A program made the translations under genes and the position numbers. This document shows positions 25,701-40,478 of a stretch of DNA of 64,000 nt, piece after piece (the stretch's first letter is position 1; the number at the start of each line of letters is the position of its first letter). The notes under the pieces are model-generated. The model ran no database searches, was not told the origin of the DNA, and saw only the letters and a list, made by a program, of their open reading frames with translations. Source of the stretch: Eledone cirrhosa (lineage: Eukaryota); contig OZ024764.1 in assembly GCA_964016885.1 (NCBI GenBank), positions 4,898,001-4,962,000 of the forward strand, read 5' to 3'.

Positions 25701-27527
25701 CACAAACCCAAACTGCATTTCATCTAGATCAATTCTCTCTCTGATTAGTTGCGCTATTACTTTTTCTGTGACCCTCATGAACTGGTCAATTAATTTAATG
25801 CCTCTATAGTTTCCCCTATCTAGGGCATCTCCTTTACCCTTGTAGCAGTTAATGATGATGATATATATATAAAAGAAATAGGATTTCGCTTCAAGCATAT
25901 CTTTATACAATATCTCACCACCACTGGCCATGTTTTTTGTGGTCTTCCTTTTACTGGGATTTTTTAGCACCTCTTTACCCAGCGGTCATCCTCGATGCAC
26001 ATCACTTGTCCATACCATCTCAGTCTTCTCTCCTGCACACCACAACTCATCCCCAGTTTCTCTCTCAACTCATCTATGGTCTTGTTGTTCACGCACATTG
26101 ACACACACACATATATATATTAATTCTATTGACTGATTAATAGCTCTTGTTAATTTTAAAACCATTCTGTTGAGAGCTTAATTCGTTTTGTGATATTTTG
26201 CAATAACACACATACTGAATTCATCCGCCAAAACTAAGGGTTGCTCCCCCTCACCCCTTGTCAAGCCCCACGTGGGTTTTGATAACGGTCAGTCCTTGGC
26301 TTGGCACTGAACTAAAAGCCTGTTGAGAAAGTGACTTCCTTGTTCGATCATCATACCAAAAGCTTAACATTATTTGTCTAAGTAGACAGTACTTGATTTA
26401 GGAGTTGCAGAAACCCAATACTGGATATTACCAACCTTCCAGGGGTCCAGGTATAATTTTCCATCATATTTTATTTGTTTGACCCGAATTACTTGGTCGT
26501 GTCTACGGCTGTGTGGATAATGGTTTAACCATCATCTCAATGTGTTTCGCCTTTTAACTTATGTTGTTGCTCTAGTTCACTAGCTTCTATGGAGCGCTTG
26601 CCACACATCTCGGAAGTTGTTTTTCGCTAATTTCCAATAGCAGAAATGCGATTCTCGCTAATTTATATATATATACACGTATAAGGGATAACAAAATATC
26701 GTTATAGGTAATCCAGGTAGAGGTTGTGAATACTCTGTATTGTGGTTAGTCTTAGTCTACGGCGTTGTTTGACTCAACAAGAGGTTTCCGTAGGTGGCAA
26801 GTATTTGAGTTCTCTTGAATTCCTATGTAAGTTTATCTTGGAGTAATAATATTGAAAGTGTGAAGAATAACATGGTCAACAGTACAAAAATAGGTTTTTA
26901 TTTACAGTATTAACAATTGTTTCACTGATTAAGTTGTCTAAAAATTGCTGAAAACTTAAAGCTGTGCCACTCAATCTACTATATATATTGGAAGTGGTCG
27001 GACGTTGTATATTTAAGTAAATAAGTAGGTGTAGTCGGATAAACGTCGAAACGGCTTGGTGGAATGCAGCGAAAATTTACACAGTTATGCAGAATTGTAG
27101 CAGTTAATGATGATGATGATATATATGTAAAAGAAATAGGATTTCGCTTCAAGCATATCTTTATACAATATGTATAAATATTTCGTATCTCCAAAGAAAT
27201 ACGGTTTTAGGAAGCCTTAGCTCTGCAAACCCTGGGGGGATAACGTCCTCTGGTGATGTCCAGCAGAAGCAAGGGGGACAACCGTCTATGCATTTCAGGC
27301 TTAACTGGCCATCGTCTGGACAGTCCCTCCCACTGCTTGCGACTGCTGGCCAGTTAAGCGTGAAATGCATAGACGGTTGTCCCCCTTGCTTCTGCTGGAC
27401 ATCACCAGAGGCCTTGAAACCCTAAGTCCCTTTTGCTCTGTGTATGAACAGAAATAAATAATGTAATATATATATATGTATGTGTGTGTATCTATTTATA
27501 TATTTAACTATATTTTTCTCTTCACAG

Positions 27528-27554
27528 CTGGTTTAATAGACTAAAGAAATTGAT
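27528..27554 (+). CDS. Micro-exon E5 (class A), 27 nt, phase 2-2, WFNRLKKL
   Basis: tttttctcttcacAG | ctggttta...aaattgat | GTGAGT; both other frames contain stops. Confidence 0.8.
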
Positions 27555-28388
27555 GTGAGTGTTACCTTAACATACTGTTTACCATTGTTTAATCTGCTCA
27601 TTCTACTACCTCTCCCTTTATACACACACACATATATATACACCTATATATGTATATATACACATATATACATATATATATACACACATATATATATAAT
27701 CACATATATATATACATATATACAAGCGAGACATGGCCTGCTGACCAATCTCGCCTTAAGTGGGACAAAACCGTCCAACCCATGCTAGCATGGAAGATGG
27801 ACTTTAAATGATGATGATATATACACACTGACACATATATATACATACATATATATACACATATATATACGCATATATTTATATATATATATGAGTTCAA
27901 GTCCGCCAAGGTTAACTTTGCCTTTCATCTTTACGAGGTCGATAAAATAAAGTACCAGTGGTGCACTGGGGTAATCGCTGGCCTTGTGCCAAAAGTAGAA
28001 ACTATATTTATATATATATATATATAACCAAAGATTAATATGGTTTGTTGATTACTTAATGAATACAGTTTTGCAATAGATTAGAAGCACTCAACAGTGA
28101 AAGTTTTCCTGGACTTTTTAATATTAACAAATGAAAAATCTTCTCATAATCAAAATATATACTTTATTATATACATTTCAAAGGTATATGACATACCTCT
28201 ACGGTCTTGATTCTTCAATTCCAGTATTGCAGTCACTGCCAATACTGGAATTGAAGAATCAAGACCGTAGCGCTATGTCATAATCATATATTTTATCTGA
28301 TGAGGACGTACTGAAAAAACAACAATATATATAATAAAGTATATATTTTGATGATGCGAATATTTTTCATTTGTTAACATTTTGAATA

Positions 28389-28429
<41 letters not shown>

Positions 28430-28466
28430 ATTAAATAAATGGAAAACTATATTTATAAAACCATAT

Positions 28467-28533
28467 TTATTTCATTATATATATTTCGGGGATATCATAT
28501 TAACAATATGCTATGCCTTCATCAGACAAAATA
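28467..28533 (-). ncRNA. Minimal type I hammerhead ribozyme-like motif (Penelope-like remnant), degenerate stem II
   Basis: Minus strand UAUUUUGU-CUGAUGA-AGGCAUAGCAUAUU(GUU)AAUAUGAUAUCCCC-GAAA-UAUAUAUA^AUGAAAUA. Confidence 0.55.
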
Positions 28534-28915
28534 CAATATAAACAGTTTTATAGATAAATATATTCGACATACCGTAATAGACATCGACATCATTTGAAGA
28601 GGTTTACGCTAGCAGTGAAAATTTTATACAGAGAGAAAGAAAGAGAAAAAGAAAGAAAGACAAAACGAAGAAAAGGAAGAAAAAGAAGAAAAAGAAAAAG
28701 AAGAAATGCAGAAATGCATGGAACAAAATAGAGAGATGGAAAAATAGATAAAGCGAAGAGCTTCATGTAAAGAAACAGATATATATATATATATATATAG
28801 AGAGAGAGGAAATGTTATTTAATATTGTAAATATACTCCAAATATTTGTCGAGTGCTTTTATATCAGTTATAAATATTTACTAGTTGTAACCCAACAATT
28901 TTTTAAATATAACTT

Positions 28916-28972
<57 letters not shown>

Positions 28973-29286
28973 AAAATGAATAATGAAAGAGTTGCAAGCC
29001 GTTAAAACATATCTTTATAAAGCTCTTACATATGTTATATATATATATATATCATCATTATCATTTTATGTCCGCTTCTCCCTGCTTGCAAGGGTTGGGC
29101 TCTCACCACCACCGGCCATGTTTTTCGTGGTCTTCCTTTTACTGGGATTTTTTAGCACCTCTTTACCCAGCGGTCATCCTCGATGCGCATCACTTGTCCA
29201 TACCATCTGTCTTCTCTCCTGCACATCACAACTTATCCCCAGTTTCTCTCTCAACTCATCTATGGTCTTGTTGATCACGCACATTG

Positions 29287-29318
<32 letters not shown>

Positions 29319-29826
29319 TAATTCTATTGACTGATTAATAGCTCTTGTTAATTTTAAAACCATTCTGTTGAGAGCTTAATTCGTTTTGTGATATTTTGCA
29401 ATAACACACATACTGAATTCATCCGCCAAAACTAAGGGTTGCTCCCCCTCCACCCTTGTCAAGCCCCACGTGGGTTTTGATAGCGGTCAGTCCTTGGCTT
29501 GGCACTGAACTAAAAGCCTGTTGAGAAAGTGACTTCCTTGTTCGATCATCATACCAAAAGCTTAACATTATTTGTCTAAGTAGACAGTACTTGATTTAGG
29601 AGTTGCAGAAACCCAATACTGGATATTACCAACCTTCCAGGGGTCCGGGTATAATTTTCCATCATATTTTATTTGTTTGACCCGAATTACTTGGTCGTTT
29701 CTATGGCTGTGTGGATAATTGTTTAACCATCGTCTCAGTGTGTTTGGCCTTTTACTTATAGGTAAAATGAATAATGAAAGAGTTGCAAGCCGTTAAAACA
29801 TATCTTTATAAAGCTCTTACATATGT

Positions 29827-29861
<35 letters not shown>

Positions 29862-30095
29862 CATCATTATCATTTTATGTCCGCTTTTCCCTGCTTGCAA
29901 GGGTAGGGCTCTCACCACCACCGGCCATGTTTTTCGTGGTCTTCCTTTTACTGGGATTTTTTAGCACCTCTTTACCCAGCGGTCATCCTCGATGCGCATC
30001 ACTTGTCCATACCATCTGTGTTCTCTCCTGCACATCACAACTTATCCCCAGTTTCTCTCTCAACTCATCTATGGTCTTGGCGTTCACGCACATTG

Positions 30096-30127
<32 letters not shown>

Positions 30128-31537
30128 TAATTCTATTGACTGATTAATAGCTCTTGTTAATTTTAAAACCATTCTGTTGAGAGCTTAATTCGTTTTGTGA
30201 TATTTTGCAATTTTGCAATAACACACATACTGAATGCATCCGCCAAAACTAAGGGTTGCCCCCCCTCCCCCCCTTGTCAAGCCCCACGTGGGTTTTGATA
30301 ACGGTCAGTCCTTGGCTTAGCACTGAACTAAAAGCCTGTTGAGAAAGTGACTTCCTTGTTCGATCATCATACCAAAAGCTTAACATTATTTGTCTAAGTA
30401 GACAGTACTTGATTTAGGAGTTGCAGAAACCCAATACTGGATATTACCAACCTTCCAGGGGTCCGGGTATAATTTTCCATCATATTTTATTTGTTTTACT
30501 CGAATTACTTGGTCGTGTCTATGGCTGTGCGGATAATTGTTTAACCATCGTCTCAGTGTGTTTGGCCTTTTAACTTATGTTGTTGCTCTAGTTCACTAGC
30601 TTCTATGGAGCGCTTGCCACACATCTCGGAAGTTGTTTTTCGTTAATTTCCAATAGCAGAAATGCAATTCTCGCTAATTTATATATATATATATACACGT
30701 ATAAGGGATAACAAAATATCGTTATAGGTAATCCAGGTAGAAGTTGTGAATACTCTGTATTGTGGTTAGTCTTAGTCTACGGCGTTGTTTGACTCAACAA
30801 GAGGTTTCCGTAGGTGGCAAGTATTTGAGTTCTCTTGAATTTCTATGTAAGTTTATCTTGGAGTAATAATATTGAAAGCGTGAAGAATAACATGGTCAAC
30901 AGTACAAAAGAAGGTTTTTATTTACAGTATTAACAATTGTTTCACTGATTAAGTTGTCTAAAAATCGCTGAAAACTTAAAGCTGTGCCACTCAATCTACT
31001 ATATATATTGGAAGTGGTCGGACGTTGTATATTTAAGTAAATAAGTAGGTGTAGTCGGATAAACGTCGAAACGGCTTGGTAGAATGCAGCGAAAATTTAC
31101 ACAGTTATGCAGAATTGTAGCAGTTAATGATGATATATATGTAAAAGAAATAGGATTTCGCTTCAAGCATATCTTTATACAATATGTATAAATATTTTGT
31201 ATCCAAAGAAATACGGTTTTAGGAAGCCTTAGCTCTGCAAACCCTGGGGGGATAACGTCCTCTGGTGATGTCCAGCAGAAGCAAGGGGGACAACCGTCTA
31301 TGCATTTCAGGCTTAACTGGCCATCGTCTGGACAGTCCCTCCCACTGCTTGCGACTGCTGGCCAGTTAAGCGTGAAATGCATAGACGGTTGTCCCCCTTG
31401 CTTCTGCTGGACATCACCAGAGGCCTTGAAACCCTAAGTCCCTTTTGCTCTGTGTATGAACAGAAATAAATAATGTAATATATATATATGTATGTGTGTA
31501 TCTATTTATATATTTAACTATATTTTTCTCATTACAG

Positions 31538-31570
31538 GCCAAATTATTTCCCCGAGTACAAGAAAGTTAT
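31538..31570 (+). CDS. Micro-exon E6 (class A), 33 nt, phase 2-2, PNYFPEYKKV
   Basis: tttttctcattacAG | gccaaatt...aaagttat | GTAAGT. Confidence 0.8.
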
Positions 31571-33209
31571 GTAAGTGTTACCTTAACAAACTGTCTAACC
31601 ATTGTTTAATCTGCTCCTCCCTCTACCTCTCCCTTTATACACACACACACATATATACCCCTATATATATATGTATACACACACACACACAAATATATAC
31701 ACATATATACATATATATATACACACATATATATACATATATACAAGCGAGACACGGCCTGCTGACCAATCTCGTCTTAAGTGGGACAAAACCGTCCAAC
31801 CCATGCTAGCATGGAAGATAGACTTTAAATGATGATGATATATATACACTGACACATATATATACATATATACAAATATATATACGCATATATCTATATA
31901 TATATATATGAGTTCAAGTCCGCCGAGGTTAACTTTGCCTTTCATCTTTACGAGGTCGATAAAATAAAGTACCAGTGGTGCACTGGGGTAATCGCTGGCC
32001 TTCTGCCAAAAGTAGAAACTATAATTATATATATATAACCAAAGATTAATATGGTTCGTTGATTACTCAACGAATACAGTTGTACAATAGATTAGAAGCA
32101 CTCAACAGTGAAATTTTCCTGGAGTTTTTAATATTATTCAAAATATTAACAAATGAAAAATATTCTCATAATCAAAATATATACTTTATTATATATATTT
32201 CAAAGGTATATGACATACCTCTACGGTCTTGATTATTCAATTCCACTATTGGCAGTGACTATATATTTATAGGCAAAATGAATAATGAAAGAGTTGCAAG
32301 CCGTTAAAACATATCTTTATAAAGCTCTTACATATGTTATATATATATATATCATCATCATCAGCAGCGAGACCTGGGCACTGTGTGTAGAAGATCTGTA
32401 AAGATTGGAAAGAAATGAGCCTCCATGCTTCAATGGATGTGCCATAGTAATATATGCAAATGGCAAAACATAAATGTACTGTGAGAGGATTTAGGCATAA
32501 GAGGGATTAGATGCAGTGTGCAGGAGTGGGATTGTTTTGGTATAGACATGTGATGTGTATGAAGGGTGACAGCTGTATAAAAAGGTGCCAAACGCACAAA
32601 GTTGACAGAGGCCGTGGAGTGGGCAGGTCTAGGAAGACTTGGGATGAGGTAAGGAAAGCTGATTTTGCACAATTACACCTAGCTAAGGCAATGACACAGG
32701 ATGGTGACCTCTGGCGCTATGCACAATTATAGAGGACTACATCCACAATCCACCAGACATTTTCCCTACCAAGACCCCACACAAGTTCCCAAACCTCACC
32801 ATAAAGTGGTCCCGCTGCAGCCATGACAAATATGTCCAGTCCACACTGTACAGTGGTATTGTAGGTGTCCTGCCAAAAATCAATATTGGGCCTTAAAACC
32901 TTGAGTCCCTTTTGTTCTGTGTATGAACATAAATAATTGTTTCTACTTTTGGCACAAGGCCAGCAATTATCCAGTGCATTACTGGTACTTTAATTTATCG
33001 ACCCCGTAAGGATGAAAGGCAAAGTTAACCTTGGCGGAATTTGAACTCAGATCATACAGGGAGGTAACTTTGCTTCAAAGCATGGCGTCCGACCCTCTAC
33101 CGATACTGCCAATCCACCGCCTGAACATAAATAAATAATGTAATATATATATATATGTATGTGTGTGTGTATCTATTTATATATTTAACTATATTTTTTG
33201 TAATCACAG

Positions 33210-33251
33210 GTTTGATTCACTGCCGAGGTCCACTATAGGAAACAGTGACGA
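33210..33251 (+). CDS. Micro-exon E7 (class B), 42 nt, phase 2-2, FDSLPRSTIGNSD
   Basis: ttttttgtaatcacAG | gtttgatt...agtgacga | GTAAGT; both other frames contain stops. Confidence 0.8.
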
Positions 33252-33537
33252 GTAAGTTTTAGTTTTACACACTATCTAACCATTATTCTATCTGTTCCTT
33301 CCCGTCTCTCTCTCTCTTTATATATACTAAGGTGTATTATTGGTTGTGTAAAACGGTCCAATAAATTTTTGTTAGCAATATTAAGTTCTCCACGCTTTTG
33401 TATATCTCCAATTCCATTCAAGGGAACAGCTAGATGATGTAACAAAATCCGAAGGCAAGGTAAAATTTCCAATCATTTTAATCATGTCGTGATTAAAATG
33501 ATTGGAAATCTTACCTTCTCTTCGGATTTTCATTTTG

Positions 33538-33568
<31 letters not shown>

Positions 33569-34122
33569 TGACTCTGTCTCTTATAAACCACGTTGGCTAT
33601 TATGACACTCTCTCCAACATAGAGAGCTATGTTGGCTAATATGACTCTCTCTGTATGTTGACTATAATGACTCTCTCTCTATGTTGGCTATTATGACTCT
33701 CTCTCTCTCTCTATGTTGGCTATAATGACTCTCTCTCTCTCTATGTTGGCTATTATGTCTCTCTCTGTTCAAGCTTTATGAAGTTAGATGAACATCTTCA
33801 AAGTCCTCCCATATTCGCCTTGTCTAATATGCGTTCTTGTACCTGATTATTTCCCCCAAATCTCCTGGGATGTTATAAACCATGATGGCTACCTATCTCA
33901 CAATTTCTCTCCTGCCCACCCCCTCACACCACCATAGTCTATTCGACCAATCAAACCTCAGAAACATGTCCCCACCCATTACCAACCCCAACAAACTCTG
34001 CCATTACTACTACTTCTACTTTTCTTCTAGCCCTTACCAGCCCCAACAAACCCTGACATTATTACTACTATTGTCCTTCTAGCCATGGGCTGAGGATAAA
34101 TGGGGCTACCCCAAATTAATAA

Positions 34123-35332
34123 ATGAATATGAATCCGCGAGTTACCAAGCACCCATGCAAAGCTTTAATTCAGAGACAGGAAGCATACACACACCACTGC
34201 AAAAATTCACCCTTTCCCACGAGTGGTGGCAAATGCCCAAAACTCCGAGTTGGAACCATCAATGTAAGCACGATGAAAGGAAGAGCAGGAGAAATTGTAG
34301 AGATGCTAGAGCGAAAGAAAATTGATGTATGCTGTGTGCAAGAGACTAGATGGAGAGCAGAGTCCGCTGGAGTCCTTGCAGGCAGAAGTCAGTGCTACCA
34401 ATTTGTCTGGGTAGCAAATGACAACAGGATGGGAGGTGTAGCTATCCTATTAGCTGACAAATGGGTAGATAAGGTAATCTCAGTGAACAGGGTGAATGCA
34501 AGAATAATGAAACTTGGACTAGTCCTGAATAAAACAATTGCCACAATAATATCAGCTTACGCACCCCAATTGGGGTTGCCAGCTGACTATAGCGGGGAAT
34601 TTAGTTTAGAGGTCGGTGTGCACCAGGGCTCTGTTCTTAGCCCACTCCTGTTCGTTAAAGTATTGCAAGCAATAATGGAGGTGATTATGACCGGATGCCC
34701 ATGGGAACTCCTATATGCGGATCATCTCACACTTATAGCCGAATCTATGGTGGAACTATACTTGCTCAGTATGTAGGAAAGGAGTAGGCTGGCTGCAAAA
34801 GGTTTTCCCCTCAAAATAAAAAGCAGACTGTATGATGTGGGTATACGAATAGCAATGTTACATAGTAGTGAAACGTGGGCGCCGTCTGTGGAAGACTTGC
34901 ATAGATTAGAAAGAAACGAAGCCTGCATGCTCCGATGGATGTGTAATAGTAATATACGCGAACTGCAAAGCATAAATGAATTGAGAGAGTGACTGAGCAT
35001 AAGAGGAATGAAATGCTGTGTGCAGGAGAGGATGTTGCATTGGACATGTGATGCGTATGAAGGATGACAGCTGTATAAAAAGGTGTAGAGCAGTAGAAGT
35101 CGATGGAAGCCGTGGAGTGGGGAGACCCAAGAAGAGCTGGGATGAGGTGATAAAAGCCGGACTCACTGTAAATGAGGTTGGTGTTAGGAAGGGCATCCAG
35201 CTGTAGGAATCAAGCCAGAATCAGTTCCTGTATGAGCAAGACAAGGTCAGCTGAACAGACACTGCCCACAACAGGACAACCCGTCTAACCCATGCTTGCG
35301 TGGAAGAATGGACGTAAAACAGTGATGAAGAT
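34123..35332 (+). mobile_element. Duplicate of the deleted RTE LINE at 14163
   Basis: Near-identical 217-aa ORF and tail. Confidence 0.9.
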
Positions 35333-35589
35333 GATATATCATATATGCCAGTGTACTATTTGACATTTGGAGCCTAAAAATATCTCTCCAAAACCAGGGG
35401 TCGACTTGTCTGCTGAATATAGTATGTTACCTTTACCACTGAGGGGTAAACAGTGAAACTGCCTGCCTAACACTTGTTGTACACCACTTACCATAACTCT
35501 AGCAACCCACCACATTTATTTCTACTGAATCTCATATTTGTTAAGTTTAACGTAGAGATTATAGTAATATCAATGTCTTGCTGTAGCTT

Positions 35590-36990
35590 ATAGGGTAGGT
35601 TACTGTTGGGTAGGTTACTGTAGCGTAGGTTACCATAGGGTAGGATAGTGTCTGGTAGGTTACCATAGGGTAGGTTACGATAGGGCAGGAGACTGTATGG
35701 TAAGTTACTGGAGGGTAGGTTACCATAGGGCAGGTTACTGTAGGGTAGGATACTGTCTGGTAGGTTACCATAGGGTAGGTTACTGTAGGGTAGGTTACTG
35801 TAGTGTAGGTTACTGTAGGGTAGGTTACTATAGGGTAGGTTACTGTAGGGTAGATTACTCTAGGCTAGGTTACCATAGGGTAGGTTACTGTAGTGTAGGT
35901 TACCATAGGGTAGGTTACCACAGAGTAGGTGACCATAGGGTATGTTATTATAGGGTAGGTAACTGTAGGTTAGGTTACCTTATGGTAAGTTACTATAGGG
36001 TAGGTTACCATAGTGTAGGTTACCTTATGGTAAGTTACTATAGGGTAGGTTACCATAGGGTAGGTTACCTTATGGTAGGTTACTTTATGGTAAGTTACTA
36101 TAGGGTAGGTTACCATAGGGTAGGTTACCTTATGGTAAGTTACTATAGGGTAGGTTACCATAGTGTAGGTTACCTTATGGTAAGTTACTATAGGGTAGGT
36201 TACCATAGGGTAGGTTACCTTAGTGTAGGTAAGAATAGGGTAGGTTACCATAGGTTAGGTTACTGTAGGGTAGGTTACCATAAGGTAGGTTACTGTAGGG
36301 TAGGTTACCATAGGGTAGGTTACTGTAGGGTAGGTTACCATAGGGTAGGTTACTGTAGGTAGGTTACCGTAGGTTAGGTTACTGTAGGGTAGGTTAACAT
36401 AGGGTATGTTAGCATAGGGTTGGTTACCATAGGTTAAGTTCATATAGGTTGTTACCATATGGTAGGTTACTGTAGGGTAGGTTGCTATAGGGTAGGTTAT
36501 CGTAGAGTAGGTTACCATAAGGTAGGTTACCGTAGGGTAGGTTACCTTAGGGTAGTTTACTATAAGATAGGTTACCATAGTGTAGCTTACCATAGGCAAG
36601 GTTACTATAGGGTGGGTTACCATAGGGTAGTTTATGATATGGTTGGTTACCATAGTGTAGGTTACTATAACATAGGTTACCATAGTGTAGGATACCTTAG
36701 ATTAGGTTACCACAGGATAGGTTACTGTAGGTTAGGTTACCATAGGTTAGGTTAGCAATGGGTAGGTTACTATAGGTTGTTACCATAAGGTAGGTTACTG
36801 TATGGTGGGTTACCATAGGGTAGGGTACCATAAAGTAGGTTATTATAGTGTAGGTTACCTTAGGATAGGTAACCATAGGGTAGGTTACTATGGGGTAAGT
36901 TACCATAGGGTAGGTTCCCATAGGGTAGGTTAACATAAGCTAGGTTACCTCAGGGTAGGTTACCATACCATAAAGTAGGTTACCATAGGT
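35590..36990. repeat. 15-bp satellite array
   Basis: Same monomer and flanks. Confidence 0.95.
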
Positions 36991-39900
36991 TTGTTAAGGT
37001 TAGGCTAGGCTGGTTTACTCGGTGAGTTAAAACTCACTTGTGACTGTAGTGTTTTAGAAGTGTCTCAATCTTTCATGCACCACTAAATTTTTTAACTATT
37101 TCCCCTGAAACTGCCTTATTTTTGGGGGTCATCTTATCAATCGAATAGCGTCCTAAATCTAAATTATACTTCAGAATTTTAGGGGCCGACTTATGTACCG
37201 GATAGACTTGTACACCGGCATATATGGTATATATATATATATGCATGGAGTCACATGGCTTAGTGGTTAGAGCATTGGTCATGCAATCGAAAGGTTGTGA
37301 GTTCAATTCTCAGACCGGGTGATGTGTTGGTTCCTTGAGCAAGACACTTTATTTCACATTGCTCCAGTTTACTCAGCTGTAGAAATGAGATGATAGGGAC
37401 TGGGGTCCCTATCATTCCACTGCAAAGTGGTCGTGGAGGTGCCACGGCAAAAAAAGCACCCAGCACTCACTGTAAATGAGGTTGGTGACAGGAAGGGCAT
37501 ACAGCTGTAGAAATCAAGCCAGAATCAGTTCCCGTCCCGCCCTTGCAAGCAGGGAAAAGTGGACGTAAAATGAAATGATGAAAGAGAGATAGAGAGAAAG
37601 AGAGGGAGTGAGAGAGATACATTAAAACAATAACAGAAGGTCTGACTGGAGAATTTACTTTAGAATTCCTTCACGGAAATGTCTTATTTATCTGTAACAC
37701 AAACTTCAAAAAACAAGACAACCACTTAATAATCGATAGATCAAGTGAGCCCTCCAGCTAGATAGATTTCCTTGTTACCAGAAGATAGAGTGACTGTTAT
37801 AAACACAAAGTCCTTCCCTAGTGAAGAATGCACCTCCCAACATACCTTAGAATACAACCTGGAAGAAAAGAGTATAGATCAAAATCAAAAGGTCTTAAAG
37901 TCAATTTGGTAAAGACTAAAGTTCTAGTAAGTAGAAAGGAAAACTGGGCCCAGATCTCTTCAGGTAAACTGTCCTGCTCAGTGTGCAGAAAAGGAGTAGG
38001 TAGAAATTCCATCCTATGTCCCATATAGAAATGATGGGTACACAAAAGATGTTGTGGGATCTCAGGGAGGCTAACAAAGAACGTAGCTTCTACATGTGGC
38101 CAGTGAACAGGAGATGGAAATATCAAGAGCTCTCGAGTTACAATCTCCTTCAAATGCCCAGAAGTCTCTGCAGAGGTGGTAGATAGTTTCTGTTACTTAG
38201 GTGACTAAATCAGCAGTGGAGGAGGGTGGTCCAAAAACTCAGTAACAAGAGTGAGATTAGATTGGAGAAAGTGCAGGGATCTACTACTACTGCTAACTAC
38301 AAAACATTTTTCCATCAAAATGAAGGGCAGACTGTATGATGCAGGTATACAAACAACAATGTTGCACAGCAGCGAGACCTGGGCACTGTGTGTAGAAGAT
38401 CTGTAAAGATTGGAAAGAAATGAAGCCTCCATGCTTCAATGGATGTGCCATAGTAATATATGCAAATGGCAAAACATAGGTTACCATTGGGTAGGTTACT
38501 GTAGGGTAGGGTACCATAGGGTGGGTTACCATAGCGTAGGTTACTGAATGGTAGGTTACATTTTGTTAGGTTACTGTAGGGTAGGTTACCATAGGGTGGG
38601 TAACCATAGGGTAGGTTACTGTAGGGTAGGTTACCATAGGGTAGTTATGTAGGGTAGGTTACCATAGTGTAGGTTACTGTAGGGTAGGTTACCATAGAGT
38701 AGGATACTGTAGGGTAGTTATGTAGGGTAGGTTACCATAGTGTAGGTTACTGTAGGGTAGGTTACCATAGAGTAGGATACTGTAGGGTAGGTTACCATAG
38801 GTTAGGTCACTGTAGGGTAGGTTACCATAGGGTAGGTTATTATAGGGTAGGTTACCATAGGTTAGGTTACTATAGGGTTGGTTGCCATAGGGTATGTTAC
38901 CATAGGGTAGGTTACTATAAGGTAGGTTACCATACCATAGGTTAGGTTACCATATGTTTGTTAAGGTTAGGCTAGGCTGGTTTACTCGGTGAGTTAAAAC
39001 TCACTTGCGACTGTAGTGTTTTAGAAGAAGTGTCTTAATCTTTAGTGCGCCACTAAATTTTTTAACTATTTCCCCTGAAACTGCCTTATTTTTTGGGTGT
39101 CGTCTTATGAATCGAATAGTGTCGTATAGGACTATCTGGCATGTTTTCTATGGCTGGATGCCCTTCCTAACACCAACCACGTTTACAGTGTGGGGACTGG
39201 GAGGTTTTTACCATGTTAACTACACGGCCAATTTACAGCGTGGACTGTGTGTTTTATTGTCATGACACCTACACAACCTCATTTATTTAGGACTGGATGT
39301 TGTGTGACCAACATAATTTTACAGAGATGGGGGTGGGAGTAGTGGGCTGGGGGCGTATATTTGGTTAAGAGGTGCCTACTGACTGTAGGTTTCGCTTTGT
39401 ACTTAGGCAAGGGTGGTCTTCTGTATTACTGCGTAGCGCCAAAGATCTCGGTTCAGTGACATTGTTTTGGAGAGGTGTAAGTGTGTGAGATCGGAATTTA
39501 TCAATTCGTCCCAGGGTTTTCTGGGTCTGCCTACTCCGTGGCTACCATCTATTTTGATCGCCCTGCACTTTTTTATACAGCTGTCGTCTTTCATGCGCAT
39601 CACGTGACCATACCAACGTAGTCTTCTCTCGAGTAAACAACATCTGATCCCTCTTATTCCTAATTTCTCACTTAGTTCATTTATGCTTTGCCGTTCACGT
39701 ATATTACTATTACACATCCAGCGGAGCATGCAAACTTCATTCCTCTCCAGTCTACGTATATCCTCTGCACACAATGCCCAAGTCTCACTGCCATGTAACA
39801 TTGTTGTTCGTATGCAGGCATCATACAGCCTGCCTTTCATTTTTAGAGAGAACCCTTTAGCGGCCAATCGTACAATGAAAAGAGCGTCTGTGATACTTTT

Positions 39901-40478
39901 ACCTGACACAAACCCAAACTGCATTTCATCTAGATCAATTCTCTCTCTGATTAGTTGCGCTATTACTTTTTCTGTGACCCTCATGAACTGGTCAATTAAT
40001 TTAATGCCTCTATAGTTTCCCCTATCTAGGGCATCTCCTTTACCCTTGTAGCAGTTGATGATGATGATGATATATATATAAAAGAAATAGGATTTCGCTT
40101 CAAGCATATCTTTATACAATATGTATAAATATTTTGTATCTCCAAAGAAATACGGTTTTAGGAAGCCTTAGCTCTGCAAACCCTGGGGGGCAAACGTCCT
40201 CTGGTGATGTCCAGCAGAAGCAAAGGGGACAACCGTCTATGCATTTCAGGCTTAACTGGCCATCGTCAGGACAGTCCCTCCCACTGCTTGCGACTGCTGG
40301 CCAGTTAAGCATGAAATGCATAGACGGTTGTCCCCCTTGCTTCTGCTGGACATCATCAGAGGCCTTGAAACCCTAAGTCCCTTTTGTTCTGTGTATGAAC
40401 AGAAATAAATAATGTAATATATATATATGTATGTGTGTGTATCTATTTATATATTTAACTATATTTTTCTCATTACAG

